From: Candidatus Subterrananammoxibius californiae
GTDB taxonomy: Bacteria; Planctomycetota; Brocadiia; Brocadiales; Subterrananammoxibiaceae
DNA length: 23,924 nt
Assembly: GCA_030586555.1 (NCBI GenBank)
Contig: JAURAC010000041.1
Coordinates: 1-23,924, forward strand
Reading direction: 5' to 3'
The translations under genes were made by a program, and so were the position numbers. Positions 12,001 through 19,647 of the stretch are shown here, one piece after another; the first letter of the stretch is position 1; every line of letters begins with the position of its first letter. Under the pieces are notes generated by a model. The model did no database searches, was not told the origin of the DNA, and saw only the letters and a program-made list of their open reading frames with translations.

Positions 12001-12487
12001 ATTTCACTCTATTCGCCGCATCAAGTTCTGGGAATCCGTCATCAGCCCACTGCTTCCAGCCCTTTCTTAAGAGTGGCTGCTTAATTCTATAAGGACCATA
12101 TACTCTCCTCGGGAAGGTGTAACCCTTAAGACACATCCTTGGGTTATACGACCTTTGGGGATGGTTTCCCTGCAAATCGGTATAATCCTGATGTTCGTAA
12201 TCTTGCTCAACTCTTACTATGACGCCGTTCCTTATGAAAGCTCTAACCCTGCACTGGTGGGTATCGTTAGGCGAACAAACATAGGTGGCTGACCTATCGT
12301 ACCTATACTGGTCCCTATAAACCCCCTCCCATGCCCTATCGGGATAGGAATCGAGGGGATTGCTAACCTCTACTGCGGGTTTTAGTGCGTGTAAGGCGAG
12401 CGCTCTACGTGGAATTGTGGTTAAAGCCGCCCCAGTAACACCTGCAATCTGTAAAAACGTTCTCCTTGTAAACTTCACTGTTTCCAC
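9020..12487 (-). CDS. nxrA: nitrite oxidoreductase alpha subunit (Mo-bisPGD, Tat-exported, anammox/Nitrospira clade); likely true start GTG at 12478
   Basis: Tat motif TRRTFL; FS0 motif CSPNDTHQC...RMCLKG (C-x3-D-x3-C); [11 protein letters not shown]o-ligand region; [21 protein letters not shown] is properly spaced to the GTG of KFTRR. Confidence 0.95.
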   Translation of the reverse strand: METVKFTRRTFLQIAGVTGAALTTIPRRALALHALKPAVEVSNPLDSYPDRAWEGVYRDQYRYDRSATYVCSPNDTHQCRVRAFIRNGVIVRVEQDYEHQDYTDLQGNHPQRSYNPRMCLKGYTFPRRVYGPYRIKQPLLRKGWKQWADDGFPELDAANRVKYKFTSRGTDELLKVSWDDATTYVAKGIVHIAKTYSGEEGKKRLLERDGYPPEMLEHWKGAGTRTMKFRGGMGLLGVIGKYMGKYRFANMMALLDDNVRGVGHDKALGGRMWSNYTWHGDQAPGHPFTHGLQTSDIDFADLRYAKLQVHVGKNLIENKMPEAHWFTEGMERGAKIVVITPEYSPSATKADYWIPVRPGISDTSIFLAVTKILIDKKLYDAKFVKGFTDFPLLVRTDTLKRLKPEEVIPGYKNQDISKGYSFEVQGLKPEQRDKIGDYCVWDKKVGEIKAITRDDIGENLFKKDIDPVLEGKAKVKLVDGKEVEVATLFELYKVHLRDYDLDTVQEITGAPKELIERLANDFATIKPACVHYGEGINHWFHATLHNRSTYLPLMLTGNIGIHGSGSHTWAGNYKAANFQGSKWSGYGFKTIVAEDPFHPCLDPTANGKDIHVKGYAYDEEVAYWNYGDKPLIVNTPKGGRKNFTGKTHMLTPTKVMWFTNVNLLNNAKWAYEMFKNVNPKVDLIISDDIEMTSSIEYADAAFPANCWAEFTTLEVTSSCSNPFLQVWKGVIPPLYDTKDDVMIAASVAAKIGEILGDRRFADYWKFALEGRPEVYMQWLFDSSTTTTGYKVDDIMAGKYGVPGGALLMYRTYPRVPFYEQVTESVPVYTDDGRFQSYCDLPEAIEYGENFIVHREGPEATPFLPNVIVSSNPYIRPNDYGIPKEHMGWDERQVRNIKMPWNEVKKTKNPLWEQGYHFYLLTPKTRHRVHSQWSTVDWNLIWENNFGDPYRMDKRTPGVGEHQMHMHPQAAKDLGINDGDYVYVDANPADRPYIGWKPNDPYYKVSRCMVRVKYNPAYPYYTLMMKHAPFIATERSVLAHETRPDGRACSLDTGYQANFRYGSHQSCTRGWLMPMHQLDTLFHKQKVNMGFVFGMEADNHCINTTPKETLVKVTKAEDGGIGGKGLWDPAADGMMPSNENEVMKLYLAGKLSAATA

Positions 12488-12501
12488 CTCCTTATCATTG
12501 T

Positions 12502-13467
12502 TTATGATACTGTGATTTTCTTGGGTTTAAACCACATACCTGCCCTTACTGTGTAACATTCTGTGCATCTATCACAAATGCCGTCACCAACTTGCCAATC
12601 TGGAAAATCTGCTCTTATTAACTTGATTAGCTGCTCATCAAGCGAAGATGCCTCTATCCAGTTGTGAGTGGGGAAATTACATAACGGGCAAGGGCCTCCG
12701 GGAATCAAAACCTTCTTTGTCTCCTCCACCGCTTCTTGTGAGGTTACAACATAAGTTGCAACCAGTTTAACATTGTCTCTGGCAAGCTCCACAGCTTTAT
12801 CATGTGTTAGATTTTCCTCTTTCCAAAGGCCTTCAAAGACTGCTTTCTTTTTCTCCGATGGAAGTCTTACATAAAGTCTCTCAAATTCTCTAAATCGCTC
12901 ATTTTTGGTTTGTACGGTCTCCTTCCCCCGTTTTTCAAGACGGTTATCAATAAAGATATCCCAAAATAGCTTATATCTATCTCTCATAATAGTTTCTTCT
13001 GCGGGAAGCGTAGATAGCTTGCCATCCTTGTAGCCAAACTTCTCATCGAGCATATCCACCACGTGCATCATCTCATGTCTCAGAAATTTTTTCAGATAGA
13101 CAATATCCATGAATTGTTCTGGAAAAACCCTGATTACGGTTTTCCTTTTTTCATCAGCGAGATTAGAACCCATATCCACCAATGAGGTTACTTTGCGGAT
13201 GTGGATTTCCTCTATTTTCTCGCTGAGTTCAGGAAATTCGTCTACCACCTCCCTTACCGCTTCACTAAACCCAAGCTTATTAAAAAACTCTCTGTTTAAC
13301 TCTACGAACCTATCAAATCGTTCGTCCTCATCATTTAGCTCATATATCTCGTCTGAAAGACTGTGAAACTCGTCGTATAACTCGAGATTCCCAGCACTTT
13401 CAAGCCCTCTCAACTTCAAGAATACGATTTCTTCTACAATGTAAGGGTCATAGAGAATGTTCAGCAC
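12502..13467 (-). CDS. NXR-associated hypothetical protein with an HExxH motif and a C-terminal CxxC...CxxC
   Basis: LRHEMMHVVD; CPLC...CDRC; tightly spaced between the chaperone and nxrA with RBS GGAGG. Confidence 0.85.
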   Translation of the reverse strand: MLNILYDPYIVEEIVFLKLRGLESAGNLELYDEFHSLSDEIYELNDEDERFDRFVELNREFFNKLGFSEAVREVVDEFPELSEKIEEIHIRKVTSLVDMGSNLADEKRKTVIRVFPEQFMDIVYLKKFLRHEMMHVVDMLDEKFGYKDGKLSTLPAEETIMRDRYKLFWDIFIDNRLEKRGKETVQTKNERFREFERLYVRLPSEKKKAVFEGLWKEENLTHDKAVELARDNVKLVATYVVTSQEAVEETKKVLIPGGPCPLCNFPTHNWIEASSLDEQLIKLIRADFPDWQVGDGICDRCTECYTVRAGMWFKPKKITVS

Positions 13468-13489
13468 AAAAATGTCCTCCTTTTACGAT

Positions 13490-14329
13490 TTATCTTTTAG
13501 CGTCAAGTTCTACTTCGCATACGCCTGGACCGCATTGGAAGTCTTCTTCCTTCATAGCCTCTGCGTTCAACTCTGTAGCTTCCTCAACCTTAATTTTGAA
13601 GAGTTTTATCTCTAAGGAAATAAAATCCCTTAAAAAGTCAGCAATCCCCGAATAAAATCCGTCAAGTTCACTTCGCTCACTGTAGACTTTTGCCCTCTTG
13701 TTCACAAGCTTTGTAAATAGTGGCACCCATCTTCCGAGGTGGCTTTTGAGGAATTTCTTTTCTGCTTTAATGCAAATCTCCAATTGTTCCTTGCCGTGAT
13801 TTTCCAGCGCATAGGCTTCTTTGTAAGTAAGGAAGTGCATGAATTCAAGCTCTATGCTCAGATGGTCATACCTTTCTTTGGTATCCTCAGAGAGGTCCAG
13901 GCTAAATGCCCTGTAGAAGCCTCCAATATCTGCTAACTCCTGGAGATTTTGGGTCTGCTGAAACGTATCCGTACTTCCATAAAGGGTCTCATAAATAGGA
14001 CATTCTTTTGAAGCTATAAAACTTTCAAACACCTTTCTGTACTCGGAACTAAGCTCTTCAAAGGATTTTTCCTTCAAACGGTCTCCCAACAACTGAAGAT
14101 TCTCCTTTATGGCAGAAGCCTTCGCATTGAAAGAATTAAGCTTTGAGTAATCATCCAGGCTTTTTTGAACGTTCCTGAGATACTCATCGCTTTTGAGGAC
14201 GGGAAAAATCTTCCCGTTTGGTTCAAAGAAGCATAAGGATAGAAACTGATATATTGCGCTTCTTGCCAATGCATTTTGAATCTTTGCTTCTTGGTTTACC
14301 ACATTACTTTTTGACTCGTTAACTGACAT
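13490..14329 (-). CDS. TorD/DmsD/NarJ-family molybdoenzyme maturation chaperone
   Basis: ARSAIYQFLS, PIYETLY, DIGGFYRAF, DHLSIELEFM, FLKSHLGRWVP. Confidence 0.92.
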   Translation of the reverse strand: MSVNESKSNVVNQEAKIQNALARSAIYQFLSLCFFEPNGKIFPVLKSDEYLRNVQKSLDDYSKLNSFNAKASAIKENLQLLGDRLKEKSFEELSSEYRKVFESFIASKECPIYETLYGSTDTFQQTQNLQELADIGGFYRAFSLDLSEDTKERYDHLSIELEFMHFLTYKEAYALENHGKEQLEICIKAEKKFLKSHLGRWVPLFTKLVNKRAKVYSERSELDGFYSGIADFLRDFISLEIKLFKIKVEEATELNAEAMKEEDFQCGPGVCEVELDAKR

Positions 14330-14346
14330 TTCTCACCTTTCCCTTT

Positions 14347-15594
14347 TTAGATGGAATTTAAGTGTTGCTTTGGTCTCTCGTAGGTGGGTTCTTCAACCTT
14401 TAACCTCACCAACTCTGTTCCATCTTTAGCTAAGCCGATTACGGTATCGTCATAGTACTCCCATTTCTTACCATTTATGGTTGTTTCGTATACCTTCGGT
14501 CCCTCCTCAATCCTGTACTCAAAGAATATCGCCTGGTGAGTCCTGAAGAGCTGGAGTACAGCAAGCAATTCTCTTGATGGTGCCGTATATTTTTCTATTG
14601 CCGCATCAACCTCTGGTCCGAACATCTGTCTGAGATAAGGTCTCGGAGCCCATCTCGGTGGAATGTAATAAATGTGAGGTTCAGTGCCAAACTGCGGATA
14701 AAGCGGTAATGCCACCTTGTGATGCCTTACAAGCCATGTTACAGGGTTCTTTGGGTTATCATCAAGGAAGCCCTGCATTCTTATTTTCCCAACACATGCA
14801 GTCATACATCTTGTCTCCATGGGACGACCGTTAGTAAGCGGGTCTTTTCCTTCTATTCTCGGGTAGCAGGCAATGCACTTCTCGCTTACCCTTGTTTGCG
14901 CCCTGTACATGGGCTTTTTGTACGGGCACTGCTCAACACACTTCCTGTAGCCGCGGCATCTCTTCTGGTCAATAAGCACTATGCCGTCTTCTTTGCGCTT
15001 GTAAATAGCCCTTCTTGGGCATGCAGCGAGACATCCTGGATATGTGCAGTGATTACAAAGCCTCTGTATATAGAAGAACCATCTTTTGTGTTCGGGCAGA
15101 ACGGAGACCTCCTGCGCTAATTTAAGTTCGTCATTCATCTTTTCACTTGCGGCAGTGTCTTCACCAATGTTAGGGAATCTCCATTCCTTATCGGTAGGAA
15201 TATAACCTACTGCCCATTGGTTAAGGTTACGCGTTTTTGCCGCCTCAAAGATGGTCTCTCCTTCATACAACCCGTATGGGGACTTCTTATCATCCTTATC
15301 TTCATTCTCTGTGCTCCAGGTAGTGGGGTTCTTGCCATTGTCTGTTAAAAGGGCGAGGCTTTTAACATCCCAATGCTGTGGATAGCCGCCGTAGGGCTTT
15401 GTTTCAACGTTGTTCCACCACATGTATTCCTGACCCCTGCTGTATAGCCATGTACTTTTGTCTGCCATGGTGCAGGTCTGGCAGGCAATGCATCTGTTGG
15501 TATTAAAGACAGCTGCAAACTGGTGTTCTGGCCTGGACTCAAAGTAAGGATATTCCATCTTTCTGCCTAATTGCCAATTATGAACCAATGTCAT
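14347..15594 (-). CDS. nxrB: nitrite oxidoreductase beta subunit (Fe-S)
   Basis: CIACQTCTMAD, WWNNVETKPYGGYP, CNHCTYPGCLAACP, CRGYRKCVEQCPYKK, SEKCIACYPR, CVGKIR. Confidence 0.96.
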   Translation of the reverse strand: MTLVHNWQLGRKMEYPYFESRPEHQFAAVFNTNRCIACQTCTMADKSTWLYSRGQEYMWWNNVETKPYGGYPQHWDVKSLALLTDNGKNPTTWSTENEDKDDKKSPYGLYEGETIFEAAKTRNLNQWAVGYIPTDKEWRFPNIGEDTAASEKMNDELKLAQEVSVLPEHKRWFFYIQRLCNHCTYPGCLAACPRRAIYKRKEDGIVLIDQKRCRGYRKCVEQCPYKKPMYRAQTRVSEKCIACYPRIEGKDPLTNGRPMETRCMTACVGKIRMQGFLDDNPKNPVTWLVRHHKVALPLYPQFGTEPHIYYIPPRWAPRPYLRQMFGPEVDAAIEKYTAPSRELLAVLQLFRTHQAIFFEYRIEEGPKVYETTINGKKWEYYDDTVIGLAKDGTELVRLKVEEPTYERPKQHLNSI

Positions 15595-15672
15595 TTTACC
15601 TTTCCTCCTCCCGGTATGTTAATTGTCTGTTTATTCGCACGTTACATTTTCAGACTGTAAAATCAAACCGAA

Positions 15673-16668
15673 TTAATCCGCCACAGGCATCTGCACCATT
15701 TCTAACTTAATGGGATGCCATGATGTGCTTATATTCTTCTGACCATTCCTATCACCATTAGAACCATCCCATGCTGCTACGTTAAAAACAGTATCATCAC
15801 CAGGGATAAATTGAACATCGTAGGGGTCGGTTGTAGTCAAGGGTCTCGTTATCAGCACATGCCACAACCCGTCTTTCCATACGCCGTTACCTAAAACATC
15901 CTGGTGTTCCTGAGTGGTAAGCGTGCCAAACCCTATGGCATTTAAGTCTTCTACCGACCTCCCCCTATTTGGTAGGGAAAGTATGTTACCGGCAGCTAAT
16001 CCACCAGCAACGAGCGATGCACTGGTGTACAGGGTGTTACGGATGGCAAGGTTGTAAGTATCACTTGCATAATCATCATGCATTGCTGGGTATATGCTTC
16101 CTATATCCATAAGACCACTTGCCACATTTAACTCCTTTTCCCAATCTGCCTTCCAATGCCAGATATTTACAGGTTTATCCCTGTCACCCATTCTTGGACT
16201 GAACGGATGGGCTACGTCTATGACAGCGTATTTGCCAACGGGAAACATTAACCCCACTGCGTCCCGAAAATCATTGGGTGTTAATGCCATACCATCCTCT
16301 GTGGCATCAGTCCATTCGAGAAGAAAATAGATATAAGCACCGTCATGAAATGCCTTAATTGAGATACTTTTAACGGACCCGCCGCCATTTGGAAACGCCT
16401 TGTTCTGCTCCTGTAATGTCACATTTAATGCCCCGGCATCCTTAAATACATTTAATAACGATTTTACACTGACCGCGGCAGGGGATGGCGCTATGGGGAT
16501 ATACTCTACTATCAGTGGTTCCTTTGCAGGAGTGAGCTCTTCCTCAGTTATAGCCACCTCTCCTTCCGTTGGCTCTGCTGCATATAACATTGCATTTAAT
16601 AAAGAAACTGCTCCAAAAGCTAAAACGACTCCTAACAATGTAAAAAGCTTACGCATCTTCACGTTCAC
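15673..16668 (-). CDS. nxrC: nitrite oxidoreductase gamma subunit (EbdC-like DOMON haem b protein); start may be 16662 or 16656
   Basis: Signal peptide, FRDAVGLMFP, RMG (Met ligand), VNIWHWKADW, EDLNAIGFGTLT, AAWDG...RNGQK (Lys ligand); adjacent to nxrB. Confidence 0.9.
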   Translation of the reverse strand: MNVKMRKLFTLLGVVLAFGAVSLLNAMLYAAEPTEGEVAITEEELTPAKEPLIVEYIPIAPSPAAVSVKSLLNVFKDAGALNVTLQEQNKAFPNGGGSVKSISIKAFHDGAYIYFLLEWTDATEDGMALTPNDFRDAVGLMFPVGKYAVIDVAHPFSPRMGDRDKPVNIWHWKADWEKELNVASGLMDIGSIYPAMHDDYASDTYNLAIRNTLYTSASLVAGGLAAGNILSLPNRGRSVEDLNAIGFGTLTTQEHQDVLGNGVWKDGLWHVLITRPLTTTDPYDVQFIPGDDTVFNVAAWDGSNGDRNGQKNISTSWHPIKLEMVQMPVAD

Positions 16669-16697
16669 TCCCTTCCCCTATTTAAAAAAGAATGAGC

Positions 16698-16728
16698 GGT
16701 AGGGGCAGGTTTGAAACCTGCCCCTACC
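16698..16728. repeat. GTAG-type REP palindrome
   Basis: Perfect inverted repeat GGTAGGGGCAGGTTT-G-AAACCTGCCCCTACC between the cupredoxin gene and nxrC. Confidence 0.85.
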
Positions 16729-16759
16729 ATTGTTAACCTTACACAACGGCAGACATCTT

Positions 16760-17380
16760 TTACTTTTTCTTTTTCAACTCAAGGTTTACTATAACGTTAT
16801 TACCTTCCCGCACTTCAATCTCCTGACTGGCAGATCTCAGCCTTTCATGCCAGGTTGTCAATGTGTGCTTCCCCGGCGGCACATCTTTGATTGTAAAGGC
16901 GCCCGTCCTGTCCGTAACAGCGAAGTATGGATTTTGCAAACTCACAATAGAGCCTGACATTTCTGCATGCACATTGCAAAGCAACGGTATTTCTCCAATA
17001 GCGTCAAAAACCACGGTTTTTACTACACCTGCATCGTAAGTGCCTAAATTGAAAGCCTTCGCAGAGGTGGGTGGCGAAAACACGTTGTGACGGACTGCAT
17101 CAGTATTCGGGAAATCTACGGCGGTACCTACTAATATCGGCAAGACATGAGGAACATAAGTTAAATTCTGTTGGTCCATAGCTGGATGCGTTTCCGGGGG
17201 GGCGAAGTTGCCATCTACTTTCTCGATATACACAATCGTATCTCTCGGGTCCTTAACACCCTTGCAACTAACCGTTCCCTTAACTGTACCACCTGCCATT
17301 GCTAAGTTTGCACTTAGAATCAAAGAAAGCACTCCCGTCAAGCTAAAAATACCTCTTCTTCTTATAATTATGCTATACAT
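16760..17380 (-). CDS. secreted cupredoxin-like (type-1 copper) protein with carboxypeptidase-regulatory-like flanks, copy 1
   Basis: Signal peptide ending AMA; HNVFS and CNVHAEM give the H...C-x2-H-x2-M copper ligands; PPGKHTLTTWHE. Confidence 0.85.
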   Translation of the reverse strand: MYSIIIRRRGIFSLTGVLSLILSANLAMAGGTVKGTVSCKGVKDPRDTIVYIEKVDGNFAPPETHPAMDQQNLTYVPHVLPILVGTAVDFPNTDAVRHNVFSPPTSAKAFNLGTYDAGVVKTVVFDAIGEIPLLCNVHAEMSGSIVSLQNPYFAVTDRTGAFTIKDVPPGKHTLTTWHERLRSASQEIEVREGNNVIVNLELKKKK

Positions 17381-17457
17381 AACATCCTCCTAAACTAAAT
17401 TAAAAAGACAAACCACCGACATTATTTAAAAAGATTTAAAGACATACAAAGAAACCT

Positions 17458-17739
17458 TTAAAGGAAGAGCAAAGGTGAGAATTCAAAACGAAAGGGAGGG
17501 TCTCGTGGACGAATGCTGTTTAGACTATTGAAAGGACCTATTACGCAGGATACAGTTAATCCCTTTAATGTTTGTATTGAGTGCAGTGGCGATTTGTATA
17601 TTAATTTGTATATTAAAATGAAGAGACCGCTTACCGTCCATCCCGAACGCAAGGCTTCCCGTCCATTATACAGCCTCTTTTGGTAACTCGCATAAATCTC
17701 CTCGACATGCGTGAAATACACTATTTCCCTTCCCCTCAA
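17458..17739 (-). CDS. putative regulatory leader peptide with C-terminal RPRDPP, copy 1 (start uncertain)
   Basis: Homologous to 23394-23687 with only in-frame 12-nt indels in the aligned core and invariant SIRPRDPPF; directly upstream of cupredoxin copy 1. Confidence 0.5.
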   Translation of the reverse strand: MRGREIVYFTHVEEIYASYQKRLYNGREALRSGWTVSGLFILIYKLIYKSPLHSIQTLKGLTVSCVIGPFNSLNSIRPRDPPFRFEFSPLLFL

Positions 17740-17783
17740 TCCCCCCCAAAGATAAAAAATGAATTCTGTAAGGATAGAGGCAC

Positions 17784-17799
17784 CTCAAAATCTATGCCA
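17784..17799 (-). promoter_or_regulatory. putative sigma54 promoter (non-canonical -12) for leader-cupredoxin-nxr
   Basis: Minus strand TGGCATAGATTTTGAG (TGGCA-N6-TTG with GA instead of GC). The same TGTAA-N17-ACTTA element lies about 28 bp upstream as at the 215-230 promoter. Confidence 0.5.
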
Positions 17800-17963
17800 T
17801 GCTTCTACCAATTTAAGGGAAAATATGTGTAATTTCTTATTTACAAAATACTTATAGACATAGTGAAGTGCGAACGCGAGGAAAATAATCCGGTGATTCT
17901 GAGCCTCTATCGGGCTTGGTTTCAATCAAAATGCCAAGTAGTGTGTAGATTTGATGTTTGTTG

Positions 17964-18022
17964 ATTTGCATTTTACAAAAAACTACGTTAATTACGCATT
18001 TATCTATTTGCATTTTGCTAAA
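17964..18022. promoter_or_regulatory. candidate activator binding sites (TTTGCA-TTT-TRCWAA, two copies)
   Basis: ATTTGCATTTT at 17964 and 18006 (42 nt apart), each part of an imperfect palindrome; just downstream of the NtrC-type gene. Confidence 0.45.
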
Positions 18023-18201
18023 ATCCAATTGAACTACTATATACCGACACGTGAACGCTGCATTTTAAGCGTAAAACTTTTGTGCTCTTGAGATGTACAA
18101 AGGGCTGAGGGGGTAACCATTTCCCAGCGTTAGCACAACATGGACCTGGTGTTTGAGGAGAAATTTTAGGGTGGGTATCTAATTTCAACTATGGGGCAGG
18201 A

Positions 18202-19563
18202 CTATTCAGAACCAATTTTTTTGCGGTAGATTGTACTGGTGGCAATGCCAAGCAGTTTAGCTGTTAGCTCTTTATCGCCTCTTGTCCTTCTCAGGGTTTC
18301 CGTAATAACCTTCTTTTCAATCTCCTTAAGGGTTGCGCCAAGTGGTATTGTTAATTTGTCTTCATCCATTTTTTCCTTATGAATTGTCTCCGGGAGGTCC
18401 TTAAGCGAAATAGAGTTGTCCCTTGTCAAGACCACTGCCCGTTCAATTGCATTCTCTAATTCCCTGACATTTCCTGGCCAGGAATAATTCATCAAGAATT
18501 CCATCGCATCCCTTGAGATGCCTCTAATTTCTTTATTGTTTTTCTTCGAGTAGTGTTCTATGAAATGACTGACCAGAAGGGGAATGTCCTCCTTTCTATC
18601 CCTTAAGGGAGGGATAGTGAAGGATATTACGTTCAGGCGATAAAAAAGGTCTTCTCTGAATTGTTTTTCCTCTACTTTCTTTGCTAAGTTAGCGTTGGTA
18701 GCAGCTAAGATCCTGACATTGCATTGGATTGTCTTAGTCCCACCCAAGCGCTCAAATTCTCCTTTCTGGAGGATGCGCAACAACTTTACCTGCAAAAGAG
18801 GGTTTATTTCTGCTATTTCGTCCAGAAAAAGTGTACCTTCATTAGCCAGTTCAAAACGTCCTTGCTTTTGGGTAATAGCGCCTGTAAATGCCCCTGCTTC
18901 ATATCCAAATAATTCTGACTCAAGTAGAGTTTCTGGCAAAGCAGCACAACAGACCTTAACAAATGGCTTGTTTTTCCTGGGGCTCAGGTTGTGAATAAGC
19001 GAAGCAATTACTTCCTTACCAACTCCGCTTTCACCCTGTATTAAAATATTTGCCTGGCTGTGAGCTACCTGTTTAGCCAGACTAATTATCTTTCTGATAG
19101 CCTCGCTGTTGCCGACAACATCGCCCTCCTTCTGGAATTCTTCTAACAACTTCGCCTGCTCAAGTTCGTTTTGGAAGTTCAGGGTTTGCTTTTCAAGAGC
19201 TTGGCTAATAAGGTCAATTAGCACTTTTCGCTTAAAGGGTTTTACTATAAAATCGTATGCGCCTTCTTTTATTGCTTCTACAGCCTTTTCTACGGTAGCG
19301 TAAGCGGTAATCAGTATAATTTCCACAGTCGGCTTAATCATCTTACATGCAGTAAGCAGTTCTAACCCATCCATGGCGGGCATCTTTAAGTCGGTAAGGA
19401 TGAGGTTTACATCCTTCTCTCGTAAGATATTAAGCGCTGCCTTACCTTCTGCTGCAGATAGGGTGTTATATCCTTCCTTGGTAAGTATCTTTACCAGAAC
19501 ATCCCTGATACTCTCTTCATCATCAACCACTAAGATTGTTGAATCCTTTAAAGACTTTAACAT
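18202..19563 (-). CDS. sigma54-dependent response regulator (NtrC/ZraR family)
   Basis: LVVDDE, DLKMP receiver; GESGVGKE; GAFTGA; FLDEI; WPGNVRELEN; C-terminal HTH. Confidence 0.95.
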   Translation of the reverse strand: MLKSLKDSTILVVDDEESIRDVLVKILTKEGYNTLSAAEGKAALNILREKDVNLILTDLKMPAMDGLELLTACKMIKPTVEIILITAYATVEKAVEAIKEGAYDFIVKPFKRKVLIDLISQALEKQTLNFQNELEQAKLLEEFQKEGDVVGNSEAIRKIISLAKQVAHSQANILIQGESGVGKEVIASLIHNLSPRKNKPFVKVCCAALPETLLESELFGYEAGAFTGAITQKQGRFELANEGTLFLDEIAEINPLLQVKLLRILQKGEFERLGGTKTIQCNVRILAATNANLAKKVEEKQFREDLFYRLNVISFTIPPLRDRKEDIPLLVSHFIEHYSKKNNKEIRGISRDAMEFLMNYSWPGNVRELENAIERAVVLTRDNSISLKDLPETIHKEKMDEDKLTIPLGATLKEIEKKVITETLRRTRGDKELTAKLLGIATSTIYRKKIGSE

Positions 19564-19580
19564 AAATCAACTCCCAAAAA

Positions 19581-19647
19581 AGGCGGAAGACGTGAGAAGG
19601 AAGAAGTGAGACGATTTTTCGTCTCCCGTCTTCCGTCTTACATCTCC
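19581..19647. repeat. inverted array of short heptamer tandem repeats
   Basis: AGGCGGA AGACGTG AGAAGGA AGAAGTG AGACG facing CGTCTCC CGTCTTC CGTCTTA CATCTCC; fills the kinase-regulator intergenic gap. Confidence 0.65.

Noticed and set aside
8975..12092. Several plus-strand ORFs (e.g. 8975-9475, 9590-10336) and a short minus-strand alternative-frame ORF
   Set aside because: All overlap the strongly supported nxrA and show no protein-family features.
9020..15594. Annotation as respiratory nitrate reductase narGH
   Set aside because: The Tat signal, C-x3-D-x3-C FS0 motif, EbdC-like gamma subunit and absence of narI point to the exported NXR clade.
17631..17708. Alternative short ATG-started frame (MSRRFMRVTKRGCIMDG...) in the leaders
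   Set aside because: Short, stops at different positions in the two copies, and does not explain conservation extending to RPRDPP. Not fully excluded.
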